Origin: an uncultured Gammaproteobacteria bacterium
GTDB taxonomy: Bacteria; Patescibacteriota; Patescibacteriia; UBA2591; CAZVCF01
NCBI GenBank assembly: GCA_964626355.1
Contig: CAZVCF010000001.1
Coordinates: forward strand, 26,936 to 61,235
Reading direction: 5' to 3'
DNA length: 34,300 nucleotides
In this document: positions 29,295 to 34,300 of the stretch, piece after piece
Position numbering within the stretch: the first letter of the stretch is position 1
Layout: each line of letters begins with the position of its first letter
The notes under the pieces: model-generated
The model's database searches: none
Seen by the model: only the letters and a program-made list of their open reading frames with translations
Told to the model about the DNA's origin: nothing
Made by a program: the position numbers and the translations under genes

Positions 29295-30734
29295 TTATAT
29301 CGCTTTAACCTCTGATTTTTCGCTTCCTGCTTCTAACGAGTCAAACTCCTTCGCGCGTTCGTGAAGATCGATCGGATATTTTCCAGTAAAACACGAAGAA
29401 CAAAATGCATCTTCCGTCAAGCCAGTCGCCTCAATCATTCCTTCGTATGATAGAAAATACAACGTATCCGCGCCAATGTGTTCGCGCATTTGTTCGATTG
29501 TTTTATGCGGCGCCAAAAGTTCATTCTGCTTTGAAAGATCAATGCCGTAAAAATCAGGATACTTGACCGGCGGCGAGCTTACTAAAAAATGCACTTCGCG
29601 CGCGCCCGCGTCGCGCAACATCCGCACAATCTGCCGCGAAGTCGTGCCGCGCACAATTGAATCGTCAAGTACGATGACTCGTTTGTTATACAAAAGCGCG
29701 TCAAGCGCGTTCAGTTTTAATTGCACGCCGCGTTCCCGCAACGATTGTTCCGGCTCAATAAACGTTCGATGAATATACCGATTTTTAATTAACGCTGTTT
29801 CGAGCGGAATTCCGCAACTTTCCGCGTAACTAATCGCGACCGGTATCGCGGTTTCCGGAACAGGTATTACCATATCCGCGTCTATTCTTTTCTCGCGAGC
29901 TAAAATTTTTCCAAAATTTTTTCGCACCTCATATACCGATTTTCCATTGAGCATGCTGTCCGGACGCGAAAAATATACAAACTCAAAAATATCCAATTTA
30001 GGATTCGGTTTTACAACTTGTTTTGAACGCATTCCTGACGAATTGATAATAACCATTTCACCCGGTGATACATCGCGAACAAAACTCGCGCCGATTGTCT
30101 TCAAGGCGCACGTTTCAGAAGAGAAAACGAAACTGTCATTCTTTTCTATCCCCGCAGTAGTAAGCCGTCCGATTGAAAGCGGCCGTATTCCGCATTCATC
30201 GCGCGCCGCAATCATTGTATTCCGATACAACGCGATAAATGAAAATGAACCGGTAAACAATGAATATGATTGCGCAACCGCGTCTTCAAATGATAAGCCA
30301 TTGGCACAATACCACACAATCGCTTGCGCCATCAACTCGGAATCGTTTAATCCTTCGGTCGCGATGTTGCGCACGCTTAAAAAATCAACTAACGCGGCGA
30401 CGCTCGGCAAGTTGCCGTTATGCGCGAACGCGAATTCATCACAAAGAATAACCGGTTGCGCGTGCGTTAACGACGATCCGCTTCGCGTGGTATATCGATT
30501 ATGCCCGATCGCGGTATGCCCGGAAAGCCGATTGATTGCGTTTTCATCATAGACTTGCGCGACTAAGCCCATTCCTTTATGATATTGCAAACTTTTTCCA
30601 TTAAACGCCGCGATTCCGGAACTTTCCTGTCCGCGATGCTGAAGCGCGAAAAGTCCAAAAAATGTTAAACGACTTGCCTCAACGCCGTTTCCATACACGC
30701 CAAAAATTCCGCACTTCTCTTGTCTGTTGCTCAT
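29295..30734 (-). CDS. purF: Amidophosphoribosyltransferase (glutamine PRPP amidotransferase)
   Basis: ATG at 30734 is preceded by aaggag. The N-terminus is MSNRQEKCGIFGV, with the Ntn catalytic Cys after a short propeptide. The PRPP loop is VIVLDDSIVRGTT. The C-terminal CSSCFTGKYP is an Fe-S-type Cys motif. Confidence 0.95.
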   Translation of the reverse strand: MSNRQEKCGIFGVYGNGVEASRLTFFGLFALQHRGQESSGIAAFNGKSLQYHKGMGLVAQVYDENAINRLSGHTAIGHNRYTTRSGSSLTHAQPVILCDEFAFAHNGNLPSVAALVDFLSVRNIATEGLNDSELMAQAIVWYCANGLSFEDAVAQSYSLFTGSFSFIALYRNTMIAARDECGIRPLSIGRLTTAGIEKNDSFVFSSETCALKTIGASFVRDVSPGEMVIINSSGMRSKQVVKPNPKLDIFEFVYFSRPDSMLNGKSVYEVRKNFGKILAREKRIDADMVIPVPETAIPVAISYAESCGIPLETALIKNRYIHRTFIEPEQSLRERGVQLKLNALDALLYNKRVIVLDDSIVRGTTSRQIVRMLRDAGAREVHFLVSSPPVKYPDFYGIDLSKQNELLAPHKTIEQMREHIGADTLYFLSYEGMIEATGLTEDAFCSSCFTGKYPIDLHERAKEFDSLEAGSEKSEVKAI

Positions 30735-30847
30735 ACAACTCCTTTCGATATTTATTTTAAGAACTATTTCTTGATACACAAAAACGGATATAATGGCAAA
30801 TCCTAAATAAATAATAAATCAAAAAGCAAAACCAAAAATACGAATAT

Positions 30848-31066
30848 CGAAATCCGAAACAAATTCAAATAACCAAAATTCAAAATTCAAAACAAAGGTA
30901 AAATCCAAAATTTGGAACCGTTTTGGTCATTTGAATTTTGCCCGGCCTTCGTAGCCGCCTTTCTTCGCCTTCTTCTCTGCCCTCTCCGTAGTAGTTCGAA
31001 TGGCTACGAAGGACTGGAATAGCTACTTCGGCGGAGTAGGCAATTTAGATATTGTTTCGGATTTCG
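30848..31066. mobile_element. MITE-like 219-bp element bounded by a perfect 14-bp inverted repeat; contains REP-like repeat copy 2
   Basis: cgaaatccgaaaca (30848-30861) is the exact reverse complement of tgtttcggatttcg (31053-31066). The interior shares two blocks with 22744-22792, split by a 64-nt insert. That insert forms an 11-bp stem, ccttcgtagcc (30946-30956) with ggctacgaagg (31002-31012). Confidence 0.65.
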
Positions 31067-31102
31067 TGTTTCGAATTTCGGATTTATTTTGAGCTTTGTG
31101 CT

Positions 31103-33643
31103 TTAAATTTTTGATTGAATCTTTTTGATCTCTGACTTAGAATCTGCAACCAGCAGAGTTATCTCCGCTGATTCAAATATCGCCGTACCTTTTTTTACTG
31201 ACGCGCTGGAGTCTTCCGCCGCGATCGTTACGCGAGCGAGCGTCGCGATCAATTGTGTATGTTCTGCCCAAAATTTTTTATCTCCTTTTATAGAAGACAG
31301 TACCGCTAATTCAGAAAGTTTATTCTGCGCTTTATAATTTCTTAACGCAATAACCGCCTCCTGAATTTTTTTAAATTCATCGCGCAATTTTTTGCGCCGC
31401 GATTCTGAAATTTTCAGCGATAACGGCAATTCTTCAACAAGTAACATTTTTTTACTCAACTTTAATTCCTGCCATAGCGCTTCGGTGACAAATGGAATAA
31501 ATGGATGCCATAATTTCAAAAAATTCATCAAAATATAATAGAGAATATGCTGTGTAGTTTTTTCCAATTTCTTGTCGCCAATTTCTTGCTTCCCAATTTC
31601 AAGATACCAATCGGCAAATTGATGCCAGGTAAATTCCTGCAACAACTCCGCCGCGCGAGAATAATTATATGTTTCGATATTTCTTGTCACTTCTTGAACC
31701 ATCGAGTCGTATTCAGCGCAAATCCATTTCTGTGGAAACGTTATCGGTTTTGGTATTTTCATATACGCTGTATTCATTTTTTTCTGTGATACAAAACGGG
31801 TGATATTCCATATCTTGTTAATCAATCTTTTATTCCCCTCTATTTTCCGCTCATCTAAATTCATATCTTGTCCCACTGCCGTTCCCATAATCAACGAAAG
31901 GCGCGTTGCGTCAGTCCCGTACCGCGCAATCACGTCTAATGGATTAACGATATTTCCTAATGACTTCGACATTTTTTTTCCATGCGCATCGCGCACGATG
32001 CCGTGCAAATAAACCGTGTGAAACGGATACGCGCCGGTGGCGTATTTGCCGAACATAATCATCCGCGCCACCCAAAAAAATAAAATATCCGCAGCGGTTT
32101 CTAATACATCCGTCGGATAAAATCGTTTTAAGTCTTTATGATTTTCATTCGGCCAACCGAGCGTGGAGAATGGCCACAACGCGCTTGAAAACCATGTATC
32201 AAGCGTATCCGGATCCTGCAATAAATCTTTTGATCCGCACTGCGGACATTGTTTCGGCGTTTGCGCTGAAACAACGACCGCGCCGCATTCGCGTTCCTGA
32301 CGGATCACATCATGAAAAATTTTATGATGACAATACCACACCGGCAATTGATGTCCCCACCAAATCTGGCGCGAGATGCACCAATCGCGCAGATTATTAA
32401 TCCACTCAAAATACACCTTGTCAAAACGTTCCGGCAAAATAGTAATATGTTTCTTTTCAACGGCTTCGCGCAAAATATCTTTAAACGATTTTTCTTCTTT
32501 TTCTCCTTTCATTTTTATTTTTTTATTCACGTCGACAAACCATTGCAAGGAGAGATACGGTTCAATAATTGAATTGCATCTGTAGCAATGCCCAACCGCG
32601 TGCTTCATTGGCTCTATCTTCTCCAAAACACCTTCGGTTCGCAATTCTTCAACAACTTTTTCGCGCGCTTCTTTTATTTTTAATCCTGAAAATCGTCCCG
32701 CGCGATCATTCAATGTTCCGTCCGGATTTAAGATATTAATCATATCAAGATGATGCGTTTGTCCGATTTCATAGTCTGTTTCATCGTGCGCCGGTGTTAC
32801 TTTGAGCGCGCCGGTCCCCGCATTTTTCTCAACGCGATAATCGCTGATCACGCGCACCGCGCGCCCGATAAGCGGCACCACAACCAACGCGCCGATTATA
32901 TTTTTGAACCGCTCGTCTTGCGGATTCACCGCAACCGCGGTATCCGCGAGCATCGTTTCCGGCCGCGTGGTGGCAATAGTGATATACGCGCGATTATCAA
33001 CGCGCTGTTTAAATGGATACTGAATATAATAAAACGCGCCGTCTATTTCTTTCATTTCTACTTCATCGTCAGCGAGTGTTGACTGACACCGCGCGCACCA
33101 ATTGACCAATCGCTTGCCACGGACAATCAATCCATCATCCCACAATTTTTTGAACATCGCGCGTACCGCGATCGTGCGTTTCTCGTCCATCGTGAACGCC
33201 TCGCGCGACCAATCCAACGATCCACCCATTGCTTTCATCTGCGATACAATAATCGCGCGACTTTCTTTCGTCCATTTCCAACATTCCGCGATAAATTTTT
33301 CACGCCCCAAATCATAACGCCGTTTCCCTTCTTTCGCGAGTTTTCTCTCAACGACATTCTGTGTTGCGATTGCCGCATGATCCGTTCCCGGCAACCACAA
33401 AGCCAACCTCCCTTTCATTCGATTAAAACGAATCATCAAATCTTCAACCGCGATCATCACTGAATGACCGATATGCAAAATCCCCGTCACATTGGGCGGA
33501 GGCAATACAATCGTAAACGATTTTTTTCGCTTTGCTTTATTGGGTAATTTATCAGGATTAAAATATCCCGATTTTTCCCACAACGCGTATATTTTCTTTT
33601 CATACTTCTGCGGGTCGTACGCAGGATCTAATGTTTTGGACAT
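31103..33643 (-). CDS. valS: Valyl-tRNA synthetase
   Basis: ATG at 33643 (MSKTLDPAYDPQKYEKKIY). The HIGH motif is PPPNVTGILHIGH and the KMSKS motif is KMSKSLGN. It has a C-terminal coiled-coil tail. Confidence 0.97.
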   Translation of the reverse strand: MSKTLDPAYDPQKYEKKIYALWEKSGYFNPDKLPNKAKRKKSFTIVLPPPNVTGILHIGHSVMIAVEDLMIRFNRMKGRLALWLPGTDHAAIATQNVVERKLAKEGKRRYDLGREKFIAECWKWTKESRAIIVSQMKAMGGSLDWSREAFTMDEKRTIAVRAMFKKLWDDGLIVRGKRLVNWCARCQSTLADDEVEMKEIDGAFYYIQYPFKQRVDNRAYITIATTRPETMLADTAVAVNPQDERFKNIIGALVVVPLIGRAVRVISDYRVEKNAGTGALKVTPAHDETDYEIGQTHHLDMINILNPDGTLNDRAGRFSGLKIKEAREKVVEELRTEGVLEKIEPMKHAVGHCYRCNSIIEPYLSLQWFVDVNKKIKMKGEKEEKSFKDILREAVEKKHITILPERFDKVYFEWINNLRDWCISRQIWWGHQLPVWYCHHKIFHDVIRQERECGAVVVSAQTPKQCPQCGSKDLLQDPDTLDTWFSSALWPFSTLGWPNENHKDLKRFYPTDVLETAADILFFWVARMIMFGKYATGAYPFHTVYLHGIVRDAHGKKMSKSLGNIVNPLDVIARYGTDATRLSLIMGTAVGQDMNLDERKIEGNKRLINKIWNITRFVSQKKMNTAYMKIPKPITFPQKWICAEYDSMVQEVTRNIETYNYSRAAELLQEFTWHQFADWYLEIGKQEIGDKKLEKTTQHILYYILMNFLKLWHPFIPFVTEALWQELKLSKKMLLVEELPLSLKISESRRKKLRDEFKKIQEAVIALRNYKAQNKLSELAVLSSIKGDKKFWAEHTQLIATLARVTIAAEDSSASVKKGTAIFESAEITLLVADSKSEIKKIQSKI

Positions 33644-33858
33644 AATGCAACAAAATTTTTTAGATAGGTATAGTATACCACAAAAAATAGAAAACGCCAT
33701 ATATTTCTATATGGCGTAATATGATAATTTTTCAATTGTCTCAAGTGAGACAATGGCGTTTCGCATTCAGGGCATTTCCCTTCGGCTTGAATAACTGTTA
33801 TTTCCTTTTTTTGAACTTTTATGCCAAATGCTTTGGCAGTTATTGTGTTATATCCCAT
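33628..33858 (-). CDS. Doubtful small ORF (76 aa) with one CPEC motif; runs through the terminator and valS promoter
   Basis: ATG at 33858 is preceded by ggaaaggg. The reading frame continues through the 33694-33717 hairpin and overlaps the valS start by 16 nt. I recognise no family. Confidence 0.3.
   Translation of the reverse strand: MGYNTITAKAFGIKVQKKEITVIQAEGKCPECETPLSHLRQLKNYHITPYRNIWRFLFFVVYYTYLKNFVALCPKH
33672..33682 (-). promoter_or_regulatory. Extended -10 promoter element (TGTGGTATACT) for valS
   Basis: The reverse complement of 33672-33682 is tgtggtatact, ~28 nt upstream of the valS ATG and immediately after the terminator. The -35 is poor. Confidence 0.5.
33681..33717 (-). terminator. 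Strong intrinsic terminator upstream of valS
   Basis: On the minus strand: acgccatata gaaa tatatggcgt (10-bp perfect stem, 33694-33717), followed by tttctatttttt. Confidence 0.8.
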
Positions 33859-33886
33859 AATAAAACCCTTTCCGTGTTTTATTTGT

Positions 33887-34147
33887 TTATTTATTGTTTA
33901 TAATTTTGTTATTCCGCATTTTGCGGAAACGTTGGATTCCGCCAAACAAAGTGAATCCAAAAAAATAAATCTGTATAACTAATGATCTTTCTGCATGCAT
34001 CTGATACGATTCAATTCCGGCAGCGATCTGTCCGAGCAACATCCCAACAGTAAAGATTAAAAAACATTTATCAGCAAGTTTACCGCCTTGAATGGAAAAC
34101 CACGCCCAAACAATTAATTGAGCTACAACCATTATCCATAAAATCAT
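33887..34147 (-). CDS. Small membrane protein (86 aa, 3 predicted TM helices)
   Basis: ATG at 34147 is preceded by aaggaaggag. The sequence is MILWIMVVAQLIVWAWFSI...FLIFTVGMLLGQIAAGI...LVIQIYFFGFTLFGGI. Confidence 0.6.
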   Translation of the reverse strand: MILWIMVVAQLIVWAWFSIQGGKLADKCFLIFTVGMLLGQIAAGIESYQMHAERSLVIQIYFFGFTLFGGIQRFRKMRNNKIINNK

Positions 34148-34205
34148 GTTTTACTCCTTCCTTTTGTTTGTAATTGTTTATAAATTTTATTGAACTATAT
34201 CATAT

Positions 34206-34234
34206 AATATACCACATTTTCACAAAAAAGTCAA
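34206..34234 (-). promoter_or_regulatory. Promoter TTGACT-17 nt-(TGtgg)TATATT for the 86-aa gene
   Basis: The -35 is agtcaa (34229-34234, reverse complement) and the -10 is aatata (34206-34211, reverse complement). It shares aatataccacattt...aaaaagtcaa with 29150-29178. Confidence 0.6.
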
Positions 34235-34300
34235 TACCCCGCACCTGGGCAATCCTAACAAGTTGGAACAGGACATAACGTTTTTAGTAAGTAATCATTG

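Noticed and set aside
33644-33900. T-box or other tRNA-sensing leader upstream of valS
   Set aside because: A terminator is present, but it is followed by the valS promoter rather than preceded by it. I could not find the conserved T-box sequence or a specifier-loop architecture.
1-34300. Alternative genetic code (UGA recoding, as in some CPR lineages)
   Set aside because: All housekeeping genes (leuS, valS, purF, rsmA) and the giant gene read full-length under the standard bacterial code.

Overview
This is an AT-rich window in which every confident gene except one lies on the minus strand. The gene content and repeat style suggest a Candidate Phyla Radiation / Patescibacteria-type genome: a four-helix-bundle (IVS-protein) gene, PrgI-like and VirB4 genes, and housekeeping enzymes peppered with low-complexity inserts. 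That assignment is inference; the standard code 11 reads cleanly. The right half carries valS, purF, a small AT-rich islet of unknown small genes, a LysM-LysM-CHAP wall hydrolase (the only + strand gene), an RNI-type LRR protein and leuS. It also carries a PaaX-like regulator bracketed by two copies of a ~40-bp palindrome, followed by rsmA/ksgA. The left ~21 kb (37-20961) is one collinear minus-strand operon encoding a Gram-positive-style minimal type IV secretion-like set. That set comprises a PrgI/VirB3-like protein, VirB4 split into two ORFs, a VirB6/TrbL-like polytopic protein with a long charged tail, and a bitopic NTF2-like VirB8/PrgL candidate. The operon also encodes three secreted or anchored proteins, including a ~1800-aa cysteine-rich giant. 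No relaxase, coupling ATPase or pilin is visible. Most intergenic gaps of the operon hold inverted-repeat 'IVS-like' elements, one with an intact four-helix-bundle gene and the others decayed. The same short repeat families recur in frame inside leuS and two operon proteins. I saw no rRNA, canonical tRNA or CRISPR array. Several ORF-track N-termini use TTG/GTG and run into repeats; I trimmed these to the first plausible ATG.
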